From Candidatus Latescibacterota bacterium (GTDB lineage Bacteria; Latescibacterota; CBDEFO01), in contig CBDEFO010000008.1 of the NCBI GenBank assembly GCA_965237525.1, forward strand, positions 1,664,001-1,728,000: a stretch of DNA of 64,000 bases, given 5' to 3'. Every line of letters begins with the position of its first letter. The first letter of the stretch is position 1. The notes under the pieces were generated by a model, which was not told where the DNA came from, ran no database searches, and saw nothing but the letters and a program-made list of their open reading frames with translations. Shown in pieces: positions 30,701 through 40,367 of this stretch. The position numbers and the translations under genes are program-made.

Positions 30701-33128
30701 CGGCGTAGGATTTCGGACAAGTTGCCTGCTATTGTCAGCGCTTCGAAGGCGTCTTCCAGTGGCTCGCAGAGGTCCTTTAGTTCGGCAACACAATCAGTGA
30801 AGGTGGAGCCTGTAAACTGGTAGTGCCGAGCCCAGCGTTCGCGGAGGTCGCCGAAACTCGATCTCGGCGTCAAGCCGCTTCACAAGTTCACCTACGGTAT
30901 CGACCGTCCGGCACAAGCGACCACCGATCCGTAAGTCTCGTACGTAGCTCGCTCGCTTCACGGCGGCGGCGCGGAATGGGCCTATACCCCAACGACCACC
31001 GGCCTCCAGATGCGTATGCAAATCGCCTGCTTCCGCTCGGAGCTTCTGAAGGTCTGCTCCCGGGACCGGGCTGATGGCGTTCGCATCAAGCCATCCAGCG
31101 AACTCAGCCGTTGACTCCACTGTCTCTGTGGTGGCCTCGTGCAGTTGGTGCCAGGTGCGCTCAAAGCCTCCAAGGATCTGCTTCGTTGCCGCTCCTGTCC
31201 ACGGCAGCGGCCGTTGATTGATGCTATCAATCAGCTGGATGAGCTCCCCTAGCCCCCTTTCAAATTCGCTACGGTCGTCCTTGGGCAGCCTCTCCACGTA
31301 GCTGTACTCAGGACCCTGCCGGATCGAAGCATCCTGTTTCGTAGGCTGTACGCACCTCGTGCTCAGCTAGCACAGCCTTCTCGAATGCCTCAGTGGTGGG
31401 CAGACGGTCAACGTTTATGCCTGTCCACCCGCCGGACTCCCACTCTGAGACCTGATTGCTCCTCAGCAGCACAATGAGTTCGGAGAACTCGTCCCCAGTT
31501 AACGGTGGTTCAAGGTCTTCCGGTATTTCGTCGGGAATCCAGTCAAGCTGCTCGCGCTCGCGCTCACCACGCAGCATGTCCGCGATCCGGGCGAGTGTGC
31601 CACTGTATCCGAACTTCACCTCGTGCCTAAAGGTCTCTTGTTCTCGGATCGCACGGAGATCGGCTAGTACCTCAGCCTCGCGCCGTCTCCACTGATCTAG
31701 CTCACGCTCAAGGTTCGAAATAGTGGCCTGACTCTCCGTCGGAGTCCACGTGTTGTGGCGGCTCAGGATGCCTTGGACGGATGCCTCCATCGCGTCCAAG
31801 CTCTGGCGGTTATCACCAAGGAGCACAACCGACAGTGCCGCGATATCCCGCGTGTGTTCTCGGATCATGTCGTGGAGCACCCTGAGGGCGCGCGGCGCGT
31901 GGCTTGTCACGAGGATACGCTGGCCACTGGCAAGCGCGTGACAGATCAGATTCACAATGGTGTGCGACTTCCCAGTGCCTGGCGGCCCTTGCACTAGCAC
32001 GCCCTGGTTCGTGCTCAGCCGCTCGACAATCTGCCGTTGCGCATCGTTTGCGGGGAGTGGGAAGAAGAACTCGCCGAGGCGAGCACCATTGCCGTGGTTA
32101 TTCATCGCATCGACACGGGTCTGATCTTCGGAGGTACTGATGAAGCGCGATACACCTTCCGGAACGGAGTTTCCCCTCTCAAGTTGGTCGATGATATCCT
32201 CGAAGGCACGGATGTATGAGCGTTCAGTCCTGGCTCGTAGAATGAGTGCGGGTGCAAGGTGAACGACAGGCGTCTGCCCCGAGTCCCTATGACGCTCGAG
32301 TGTGGCGTTGTACTCGCCCCGTGCGTCCACGGAGTGCACCCAACTTTTGAGCAGGCCGTCCAGAGGGCCGACCGCCCACAGGGACTCGCCGATATTGTCC
32401 AGCTCCTCTTCTATCGAGTGAAGCTCCTGCGGGTCAGGCCGATACTGGGGGTCCAGCATGTCCTGTTCGAGCGTAGGGCTCGCGCCATCGCTCGCCGGAG
32501 CAACAGTTAGCGTTCCGCTTTCTGCGTCGAATTCGACGTTGACACGGGCAACAGCCAAATGTCGTCGGACTGTATGGCCGTCCGGAAGGTTCCAGTTCAG
32601 ATAACCAAGTCCGAAGGCGATCTCGAATGCCTCACCAAGACGTTGCTGCCGTTGGAACATTGAGAAGAGGTCCGTGTAGATTCCTCCAACGGCCTGCTCG
32701 CGGCAGTCCTCTTCAGACCACGCCCACCAGTAGTCCTCGATGTACCTGTCCCACACGGTCTGCACTTCTGGATGGTCCTCCAGCCTAAGCGGGAGATCTT
32801 CCGAGGATTCGCCGAGGAGCGTTGTGTACAATTCAGGCATGTCGAGGGATGAATCGTTGAGTTGCTCTCGCCGCACCCAATTCTGTGCGAGTTCAGGTGG
32901 CTCCGGGGGCCGCTTCAGGCGTGGCCTACGAATCTCGAGCCATGGTTTGTCGGACACGTCGTCCACATCGCGATGCCAGGCGATACAGTCGCAGCCCGGC
33001 TGCTGCGGTATATCGGATACCCAGATCACTTGCTCATAGGCATCGACATCGCGAACCGTCCTGGTGCGGAGTTGCGCAAACTCCTTTAGGAATGTGTATA
33101 GGGCAACAGCTCTCTCGCGTTCGCTCAC
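27755..33128 (-). pseudogene. Large SF1 (DNA2/NAM7-type) helicase fused to a Vsr/DUF559-like endonuclease, broken into five ORFs
   Basis: VQGPPGTGKS, IIDEASQ, VGDDKQ, LREHFRC, AFQGDER, FNVAASRA, then IDLVV...AVECDG..WH...RQRDLERCGWEFWR; frame breaks near 31310, 30850, 30620 and 30190. Confidence 0.8.
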
Positions 33129-33156
33129 GAGCGCCTCCCAACTATTCCCCCGATCT

Positions 33157-33564
33157 TCAAAACAATCCTCCGAGGGCATCCTGGGGGCTGACCGCACTGA
33201 TTGGGGAGCGTTCGTAATCCCTGACGTTCCTGGTGACGATGTGCCGGGCGCCACAGGCACGGGCGGCGGCCACCTGCATCGTGTCCTCGAAGTCCGCCAT
33301 CGGAAGCTCCGCAGCATAGCGGATGCCTTCCGTGTCGGTCATAGCCACTGCTACAAAGCGGGTCAATTCGACAATGAAGTCGCGGGCGCTCACCCTGCCA
33401 CGTGCTGGGGCCACGATGTAGTAGAGGTTCGATACAGAATGCCATGCTATGAATGCGCTCTCAGCGCCATGCTCAATCCGGTCCAGAAGCTCCGAGGCCG
33501 GACCGGAGTGCGGACGCCTGTCGAGGGCGATGTCTATGAGCACGTCGGTGTCCAGAAGTATCAT
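33157..33564 (-). CDS. vapC: PIN-domain toxin (VapC-like, PIN_3)
   Basis: ILLDTDVLID, DFEDTMQ, IVTRNVRDY. Confidence 0.88.
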   Translation of the reverse strand: MILLDTDVLIDIALDRRPHSGPASELLDRIEHGAESAFIAWHSVSNLYYIVAPARGRVSARDFIVELTRFVAVAMTDTEGIRYAAELPMADFEDTMQVAAARACGARHIVTRNVRDYERSPISAVSPQDALGGLF

Positions 33565-33788
33565 TCGAGGTACTTCCTGGCCAGTGCGTCGTAACGGAGG
33601 TCGTCTTTATGCTCCGCAGCCCGGAACTTGCCCCGCCACCGCGAGGCGAAAGACGGGGCATGCTCCCCCGCAACCTCCCTGAGAGACTGCTCGATGAGCG
33701 ACGACAGCGACACGCCACGGGAGCGGGCGTACCGCTTGGCTATCGGTAGTAGCTCGGAATCCACGGTGATGGTGAGTTTTTGCTTCAT
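33561..33788 (-). CDS. Ribbon-helix-helix antitoxin (DUF6364-like)
   Basis: MKQKLTITVD...AKRYARSRGVSLSSLIE; ATGA overlap with the PIN gene. Confidence 0.8.
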   Translation of the reverse strand: MKQKLTITVDSELLPIAKRYARSRGVSLSSLIEQSLREVAGEHAPSFASRWRGKFRAAEHKDDLRYDALARKYLE

Positions 33789-34011
33789 TGCGACTCGGTG
33801 CTCGCTTTCTAGGTATACCGATACTTTCTCCAAGTATACGTGTATTCAGAATGGCGTTCAAGTGGTCTGCGAACCATTGGCTACCCTGTCGGGGGAGGTT
33901 GGATATGAGCTTCCCTTGCAAGACCAGGGGGTCGGTGATGATGCAAGGAGGGCTTTCGCTCTACAGGGCCAATCGGAACCTCAAGGTGAAAGTTCTTGAT
34001 TTCGTCAAGTC

Positions 34012-34088
34012 TGGTGGGCGGTACTGGATTCGAACCAGTGACCTCTTGCATGTCAAGCAAGTACTCTAACCACCTGAGCTAACCGCCC
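34012..34088 (-). tRNA. trnV: tRNA-Val (GAC)
   Basis: GGGCGGTTAGCTCAGGTGGTTAGAGTACTTGCTTGACATGCAAGAGGTCACTGGTTCGAATCCAGTACCGCCCACCA; full cloverleaf with encoded CCA. Confidence 0.97.
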
Positions 34089-34284
34089 CACTGTCTAAGC
34101 CATTGCCCGAAGACAAACTTAAACGCGCTTGAGACTAAAGCGGCCACAAAGCTTAGGCACACTCGCGTCCTGATTCTTAAATATACAAATCTATTTAACT
34201 TAATGCAAGAAAAATGGACTCTTGAAGATATAGCGTGCAGTAGACGGCGCAATCCTCCTCCCCCATTACAACGAGCTACTGAAG

Positions 34285-34812
34285 TTAGGGGGAGGATATT
34301 TCAAGCTCTGTCTCCTTTTTCAATTTCCTGAGCTGGTTTTTGAGAAGCTGTCTTTTTAAGGGCGTAAAATGGTCTATGATGAGCACCCCATCGAGGTGAT
34401 CTATCTCGTGCTGTATTACGCGCGCCAGCATGCCCTCCACCTCAGCTTCCAATCTTTCTCCCTCAGTATTGCTCCATCGGACACTTATTTTGTATGCTCT
34501 TTCGACCTCTCCGTATATCTCCGGAAGGCTCAAGCAGCCTTCCTCACGTATGTCCTCTCCTTCTTTGAGCAGTATCTCTGGATTGATCATCCCCATAGGC
34601 TTGTACGTCGGGTCGCAGTGTCCCGCATCAACGACTATAACGCGTTCGGATGCGCCTATCTGTGGAGCGGCTAATCCCACTCCTTCGGCATCGTACAGTG
34701 TCTGGAACATATTGTCAACAAGCTGTACGATCTCCTTATCTATCACCGCCACGGGGTCGGATTTTTGCCTTAATACAGCATCTCCGTATTTTCTGATTCT
34801 TAAAAGGGCCAT
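34285..34812 (-). CDS. def: Peptide deformylase
   Basis: GVGLAAPQIG, EGCLS, QHEIDHL; start MALLRIRKYG (the ORF-track extension is repeat sequence). Confidence 0.96.
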   Translation of the reverse strand: MALLRIRKYGDAVLRQKSDPVAVIDKEIVQLVDNMFQTLYDAEGVGLAAPQIGASERVIVVDAGHCDPTYKPMGMINPEILLKEGEDIREEGCLSLPEIYGEVERAYKISVRWSNTEGERLEAEVEGMLARVIQHEIDHLDGVLIIDHFTPLKRQLLKNQLRKLKKETELEISSP

Positions 34813-34901
34813 CCCAAAATGTAGTAGACAGCAAACAGTAGACGGCATACGGGGAAGAGACGAACTGACCGTGTTAGCCCCCCGAATGATTCTATCGCGG
34901 G

Positions 34902-35732
34902 CTATTGACTTCTATCTACTTGTCTCAGGGTTTCATTCAAGCTACCGCTTCTGTATCCCTTCAGGTCTAAAGTTACGTAAGTATATCCCAACTCCTTAAA
35001 TCGCTCATGGACCTTTTCCCTTACTTCGCCGTGAAAGAACCTTTCCATCTCCTCCTGTGGCACCTCTATGCGGGCGATCTTCTCCTGTGAGTGGTGTCTG
35101 ACCCTTACCTGAACAAATCCCAGGCTCCTCAAGAACTGTTCTGCTTTATCCACTGACTTAAGTCCTTCTCTGGTTATGACCGTTCCGTATGGAAATCTGG
35201 ATGAAAGGCAGGCTGTCGCGGGCCTGTCCCAGACGGAAAGGCCCCATTTTTTGGAGAGCTGTCTTACGTCCTCTTTAGTCATTGCGGCATCTTTGAGGGG
35301 CGCTCTGACTTCCATTTCGTCCGCTGCCTGCATGCCGGGTCTGTAGTCGCCGCCGTCGTCGTAGTTGGCTCCGTATATGATCCAGTGCATGTCCTCCTGG
35401 GCGGCTACTTCTTCGAGTTTAGTAAAGAGTTCCATCTTGCAGAAATAGCATCTGTTCTGAGGGTTTGTAAAGTAGTCAGGGTTCTTTATCTCCTCTGTGG
35501 CTATGACTTTGTGTCTGATGCCGATGTCCTTTGCCAGCTCTATGGCTTCTTCGAGTTCCCCTTCGGCATAGCTCTCCGAATCGGCGGTTACTGCAAGGGC
35601 TGCATCTTTTAGGACATCGTATGCCGCTTTGGCTAAACACGCACTATCGACACCTCCTGAATAGGCGACTATAACGCTATCCATCGATCTCAAGATGGCA
35701 TTCAGGTTGTCCAACTTCTCTTTGAGCGTCAA
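34902..35732 (-). CDS. larE: ATP-dependent sacrificial sulfur transferase LarE
   Basis: AYSGGVDS PP-loop, RCYFCK, DYRPG, ACLSSRFPYG, YRSGSLN. Confidence 0.93.
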   Translation of the reverse strand: MTLKEKLDNLNAILRSMDSVIVAYSGGVDSACLAKAAYDVLKDAALAVTADSESYAEGELEEAIELAKDIGIRHKVIATEEIKNPDYFTNPQNRCYFCKMELFTKLEEVAAQEDMHWIIYGANYDDGGDYRPGMQAADEMEVRAPLKDAAMTKEDVRQLSKKWGLSVWDRPATACLSSRFPYGTVITREGLKSVDKAEQFLRSLGFVQVRVRHHSQEKIARIEVPQEEMERFFHGEVREKVHERFKELGYTYVTLDLKGYRSGSLNETLRQVDRSQ

Positions 35733-37155
35733 AGGTCTCCTCTTTTCTTTTGTGTTTGACTCCAGCCGGGAGCATCACCGCGTCCACCATGCCGTGAAGG
35801 AGCTTCTTATCCGAGGGGCACACAGTGGCAAGTATCCCGTCAAGTCTGACTGAATCGTCTATGACAAAGTAGTAGGGGCACAGACGCACTCTTCCGTCCA
35901 TTGTCTTGATCTGGCTATCGTTAAAGTCGTAGTAGTCTATCTGTACTCTCTTCCCCTTGTGGAATTTTTGAAGGATGTAGGGGGTGTCCTCAAATTTTGA
36001 AAGCCCATTTAGGATCGCTTCTTTCCAGTCATCCTGCGACAGATCTGCTCCGACAGAGATGCCTCTACTTCCCCACGCAAGCTCGGAGTAGCCAGAGGGC
36101 TTGATCAAAAAGTCCCTCTCCCTTTGTCCCCAAGATAAAAGGTCGCTCCAGCGGCAGACCCCTCGGCCGTCCACGGATAGCCCCGGTATGACGGCATAGG
36201 GAGGTATCTTTCGGGGGTCGAGTATCCAGGTTCGAGGAAATACGTTACTCAACACGTGATAGGTCTCCCCTCCCATCTCGTTTATCCAAAAGCTTTTGAG
36301 GACAGGATGATGGAAAAGCGCAAAGAGCATCTTCTCCTCGAGGTATCCTTTAAATGGAGGTGTGACCACTACAGTCCTCTTCTTGGCACTGTACATAATA
36401 AGTTCCCATTTGGGTATATTCTTTAGATCGAAGAGCTCGAAGAATCTGTAGAGTACATCTATTTTGGTCTGTTCTCCTTCTACGTTCAAGAAGATCCCAT
36501 CTTCAGAGAAGATCAGGTCTTTAGGTTTAACAACATAAGTCGAAAGACCGGAGTTGTTTAAGTGTCCCCCGAGCCAGACCATCTCGTCCCAGTAATCATC
36601 GGCTTCATCGGACACCACGATTGCCAGATTTGGTTGTTCGACCTTTGAAACGGAGCAGATCATCTCCCCAAATCCTCTTACCATCCCATCGGGCCCGCCT
36701 ACAATTGGCTCGTCGAACATCCCGTACCTTTGGGAAAGTCCGGCTGTAAATCCGATTCCCCCTGGCACTGAGTCGAGTTCGGACACGATTATTCCGTCGT
36801 CGGTGAAGATCACGTCGGGCCTTATGATAAGAGGGAGTTGAGTCCTTATCCTCTTCATTTTTCCGTACTCGATGAGAAATTCCGGCTTGCCCTTATCCAG
36901 GTACTCTGAGACCCATTGAGGCTGTATCCCTCTTGTGCTCTGGAGGTATAGCCTGTTGCAGGCTCGGTAAAACGACAGCAGATGATTTCCGAAATCCTCA
37001 AGTTGCACAAACAACTGGTTATCTATCCAGAAGGGATCAGGAGAGATTCTCCACACGCTGTTGGATTCCGGATGCACCTCTTTTTTCTCTCCTGCAAAGA
37101 GCCCACCTTTCGGTGTCATATCATTTATTATCAAACACTTATCTTTAGGATCCAC
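35677..37155 (-). CDS. Putative ATP-grasp-fold ligase (glutathionylspermidine-synthase/circularly permuted type)
   Basis: IRPDV...SELDSVPGG, LIKPSG...WGSRGISVG, YILQKF. Confidence 0.5.
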   Translation of the reverse strand: MDPKDKCLIINDMTPKGGLFAGEKKEVHPESNSVWRISPDPFWIDNQLFVQLEDFGNHLLSFYRACNRLYLQSTRGIQPQWVSEYLDKGKPEFLIEYGKMKRIRTQLPLIIRPDVIFTDDGIIVSELDSVPGGIGFTAGLSQRYGMFDEPIVGGPDGMVRGFGEMICSVSKVEQPNLAIVVSDEADDYWDEMVWLGGHLNNSGLSTYVVKPKDLIFSEDGIFLNVEGEQTKIDVLYRFFELFDLKNIPKWELIMYSAKKRTVVVTPPFKGYLEEKMLFALFHHPVLKSFWINEMGGETYHVLSNVFPRTWILDPRKIPPYAVIPGLSVDGRGVCRWSDLLSWGQRERDFLIKPSGYSELAWGSRGISVGADLSQDDWKEAILNGLSKFEDTPYILQKFHKGKRVQIDYYDFNDSQIKTMDGRVRLCPYYFVIDDSVRLDGILATVCPSDKKLLHGMVDAVMLPAGVKHKRKEETFDAQREVGQPECHLEIDG

Positions 37156-37382
37156 CGTCTGCTCTTCGTAAACTTGGGTATTTCAATGGGCTTTTAGACC
37201 TTCTTCTGATACCACATACATGAGTAGACAGCATACAGGGGAAGGCCGGGAGCCTGTCTAACGTTTGCCTAATTTCTAAAGTACTCAACATTTGTCTTGC
37301 ACCACAACAGTTCAAGTATAACGAATTTTGTTCCCGTAGTCAAATACTTTTCAACTAATTTCATCACACCAGGGAGGTTTTC

Positions 37383-37438
37383 TTGACAAACTCCCTTTCA
37401 GACCTTAGATTTAGGTCTTAAGAATTTAGGTCTTAAGA
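37383..37438 (+). promoter_or_regulatory. Putative sigma-70 promoter overlapping a 15-bp tandem duplication
   Basis: TTGACA-N17-TAGATT; ATTTAGGTCTTAAGA at 37409-37423 and 37424-37438. Confidence 0.55.
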
Positions 37439-37456
37439 AAGGAGCGCCCGAGATCC

Positions 37457-37882
37457 ATGGTCTATGTCATTTTGCTTTTAGCCTTCCTGGGTCTTTATAT
37501 ATCGGGCTACTTTACCCTCGTATATTACAGAATAATCGAACCCGATAGCAGATGGATTCCCTCTTTCTGCAGGATGAAAGAGGCGCAGTGTATAAGCATC
37601 CTGATGACGCCCTATGCGAAAGTTTTCTGGCTCCCTAACTTCACTTTGGGGATAGTCTATTATTTTTCTATTATCTTTTTGACCGCTTCAGGGGCGCTAA
37701 TAAGCGTTTTAGATGTCCTTTTGGGCATCTCATTTTTTACCGTTACTTTAGGAATATACCTTACATACGCTTTATTCTTCAAAATAGAGGTATCGTGTCC
37801 CTTATGTCTGACCAGCCACGCTATTAACTTATCTCTTGCAGTTTTGTTTTTGTTTCTGAAGACCACTGGTCTGGAGATATGA
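37457..37882 (+). CDS. Vitamin K epoxide reductase (VKOR) family protein
   Basis: Loop Cys pair (FC...QC), TPYAKVF.LPN..LG, and CPLC in the last TM helix. Confidence 0.82.
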   Translation: MVYVILLLAFLGLYISGYFTLVYYRIIEPDSRWIPSFCRMKEAQCISILMTPYAKVFWLPNFTLGIVYYFSIIFLTASGALISVLDVLLGISFFTVTLGIYLTYALFFKIEVSCPLCLTSHAINLSLAVLFLFLKTTGLEI

Positions 37883-39531
37883 AAAACTTCAAACGTGAAA
37901 AGGAAGATTGGAAAAGGGGAGTCCTCGAAGAGGCTAAATCCCGGCATCCCGAAAGGAAGGAATCGTTCGAGACGGCCTCGGGGATAAGGCTTGAGGGGCT
38001 GAACACTCCGGATGATAACAGAGATTATCTGGCGGAAACAGGATTCCCCGGTCAGTTCCCGTTCACAAGGGGCATATATCCTACTATGTACAGGGGACGC
38101 CTGTGGACGATGAGGCAGTATGCGGGCTATGCCACCGCCAAGGAGTCGAACAGGCGTTTCCGATACCTTCTGGAACAGGGCCAGACGGGTTTGAGCGTGG
38201 CGTTTGACCTCCCGACTCAGATGGGCTACGATTCCGATCACACTATGTCCTCAGGAGAGGTCGGCAAAGTTGGCGTCCCCGTTTCATCTCTGAGCGATAT
38301 GGAGGTCCTCTTTGAGCAGATACCTCTGGATAAAGTCAGCACATCTATGACGATAAATGCGACTGCCTCCATTCTGATGGCAATGTACATAGCTCTGGCA
38401 GAAAAGCAGGGGGTCCCTCTACCCAAGCTCTCAGGGACGGTTCAAAACGATATACTGAAGGAATATATAGCAAGGGGGACATATATCTTCCCACCAGGGG
38501 CCTCGATGCGTCTTGTGACTGACATTTTCAGCTATTGCAAGGAGCACGTTCCACTGTGGAATACTATAAGCATAAGCGGCTATCACATGCGGGAGGCAGG
38601 GGCGACAGCTGTTCAGGAGGTTGCGTTCACTTTTTCCAACGCCATAGCGTACGTGGAAGCGGCACAGAATGCGGGTCTGAAGATAGAGGAGTTCGCTCCG
38701 AGGCTTTCCTTCTTCTTCGGTGTGCACAACGAGTTTCTGGAGGAGGTAGCCAAGTTTCGCGCGGCAAGGAGGCTGTGGGCAAAGATAGTGTCCGAACGCT
38801 TCGGATGCGACCATAAAGCCTCTCAACTCCTGCGCTTTCACGCTCAGACGGACGGGAGCACTCTGACAGCTCAACAGCCTCTTAACAATATCGTGAGGGT
38901 ATCTTTACAGGCTCTGGCAGCCGTGTTAGGCGGGGCGCAGTCGCTTCACTGCAATTCGTTCGACGAAGCGCTGTCTCTACCGAGCGAAGAGGGAGCAGGA
39001 TTGGCTCTAAGAACCCAGCAGATTATGGCCTACGAGTCCGGCATAACTTCTGTAGTTGATGCGCTGGGAGGGTCCTACACTGTAGAGTATCTCACCGACG
39101 AAATCGAAAAGAGGGCGGTCGAGTACATAGAAAAGATAGACGCTATGGGTGGGGCTGTAAAGGCAATTGGGGAGGGATATATCCAGGACCAGATTCACCA
39201 GAGTGCGTACAGGTATCAAAAGGAGATAGAGGGTGCCGAGAGAGTAGTTGTGGGTGTGAACAAGTTCACTGAAAAGGACGAGCAAAGGGACTTGTTCAGA
39301 GTCGACCCTGATGCCGAAAAGATCCAGATCGAGAATCTGAACGCTCTCAAGTCAGAAAGGGACACTAGGGGGCTCCAGAAATCCCTTTCAGCGTTGAACA
39401 GTGCCGCCCGTCGCGACGACAATCTGATGCCCTTTATTCTGGACGCAGTCAAATCTTACGCTACAGTGGGGGAGATATGCGATGTGTTGAGGGAAGTATT
39501 CGGCGTACAGAGGGAGTTCCTTAAGTTTTGA
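37879..39531 (+). CDS. Methylmalonyl-CoA mutase family, substrate-binding large subunit
   Basis: [39 protein letters not shown]; no B12-binding domain. Confidence 0.93.
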   Translation: MKNFKREKEDWKRGVLEEAKSRHPERKESFETASGIRLEGLNTPDDNRDYLAETGFPGQFPFTRGIYPTMYRGRLWTMRQYAGYATAKESNRRFRYLLEQGQTGLSVAFDLPTQMGYDSDHTMSSGEVGKVGVPVSSLSDMEVLFEQIPLDKVSTSMTINATASILMAMYIALAEKQGVPLPKLSGTVQNDILKEYIARGTYIFPPGASMRLVTDIFSYCKEHVPLWNTISISGYHMREAGATAVQEVAFTFSNAIAYVEAAQNAGLKIEEFAPRLSFFFGVHNEFLEEVAKFRAARRLWAKIVSERFGCDHKASQLLRFHAQTDGSTLTAQQPLNNIVRVSLQALAAVLGGAQSLHCNSFDEALSLPSEEGAGLALRTQQIMAYESGITSVVDALGGSYTVEYLTDEIEKRAVEYIEKIDAMGGAVKAIGEGYIQDQIHQSAYRYQKEIEGAERVVVGVNKFTEKDEQRDLFRVDPDAEKIQIENLNALKSERDTRGLQKSLSALNSAARRDDNLMPFILDAVKSYATVGEICDVLREVFGVQREFLKF

Positions 39532-39750
39532 TCGGGCGGGCAAAAAAGGCGGTGTGGGCAATAGGTACGTAGTTGTTGTCCCTTTTCATGGCTACGAACC
39601 GCCAGCAAGCCGCGACGTGGGTACCGTGGGCGCTTCGTGCGTTCTTGCCAGCTCTTTTTGCAGGGGACACGAAGTGCCAGAAGACTACCACGTGGCGAAG
39701 TGGTCGAAGGTACTCTTTTCAGAACTATGGAGCTGAAGGCTTTTCATCCC

Positions 39751-39774
39751 TTAAACTTAAACTTAAACTTAAAC
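39751..39774. repeat. (TTAAAC)x4 microsatellite
   Basis: Four exact hexamer copies. Confidence 0.9.
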
Positions 39775-39826
39775 TGAAATCAGGATCATTTCATTCTGAA
39801 AGGTTCAAGGATGGAGATCTGAAAGA

Positions 39827-39994
39827 TCAGCTAGCCCTCGTAATGATCTGTCTTGCTCTATGTTCTCCACCGAAAAGCGAGGTGGCAAGCTTCCTCAAAG
39901 CTTCGGACTTAACGGTGTCGTTCTGAATAGCGTAGAACAGAGCCAGATAGCCCAAACTCCGTTTTATGCCGTCCAGTTTGCTCATCGGTTTCAT
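39827..39994 (-). CDS. Small hypothetical protein (55 aa), absent from the ORF track
   Basis: MKPMSKLDGIKRSLGYLALFYAIQNDTVKSEALRKLATSLFGGEHRARQIITRAS*; AAGGAG RBS; upstream sigma-54 motif. Confidence 0.6.
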   Translation of the reverse strand: MKPMSKLDGIKRSLGYLALFYAIQNDTVKSEALRKLATSLFGGEHRARQIITRAS

Positions 39995-40092
39995 CGGTTG
40001 CGTCTCCTTCTTTATTACTTAATTGATCTGAATCTGGAAACTGACATCTCTTATAATCTGCTCAGTAAGTCGGGTCTTGAATTTAAAGTTGC

Positions 40093-40108
40093 GCAATTTA
40101 TGTGCCAA
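40093..40108 (-). promoter_or_regulatory. Sigma-54 (-24/-12) promoter
   Basis: TTGGCAC-ATAAA-TTGC on the minus strand. Confidence 0.65.
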
Positions 40109-40367
40109 GTTGATCACATTCCCTCAAAAACTTCCAGCTTACTTCAACTTTAATGATCAGCAAAGTGCGTTCTTCCCTCTTTCCACACTTCCTCTATATA
40201 CTTGATTTTAATCTGTTTATCATAGAGGTGTAGAATTACATGAAATCTTTTATACTTTGAGACGTGCGGGATTCCCAAAAGACCTTATATACGGTATTTT
40301 CGGGATTCTTCAGTTTAAGTGAGGTGAAAATTTTGCAGTTTGAGAATAAAAGAGGAAAAATTGCGCT

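Larger units (their letters stand above)
26996..34011. mobile_element. Decayed genomic island integrated at the tRNA-Val 3' end
   Basis: Visibly more GC-rich than its flanks; bounded by tRNA-Val and by IS3 plus a tRNA 3'-end duplicate; carries TA and helicase-nuclease genes. Confidence 0.7.
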
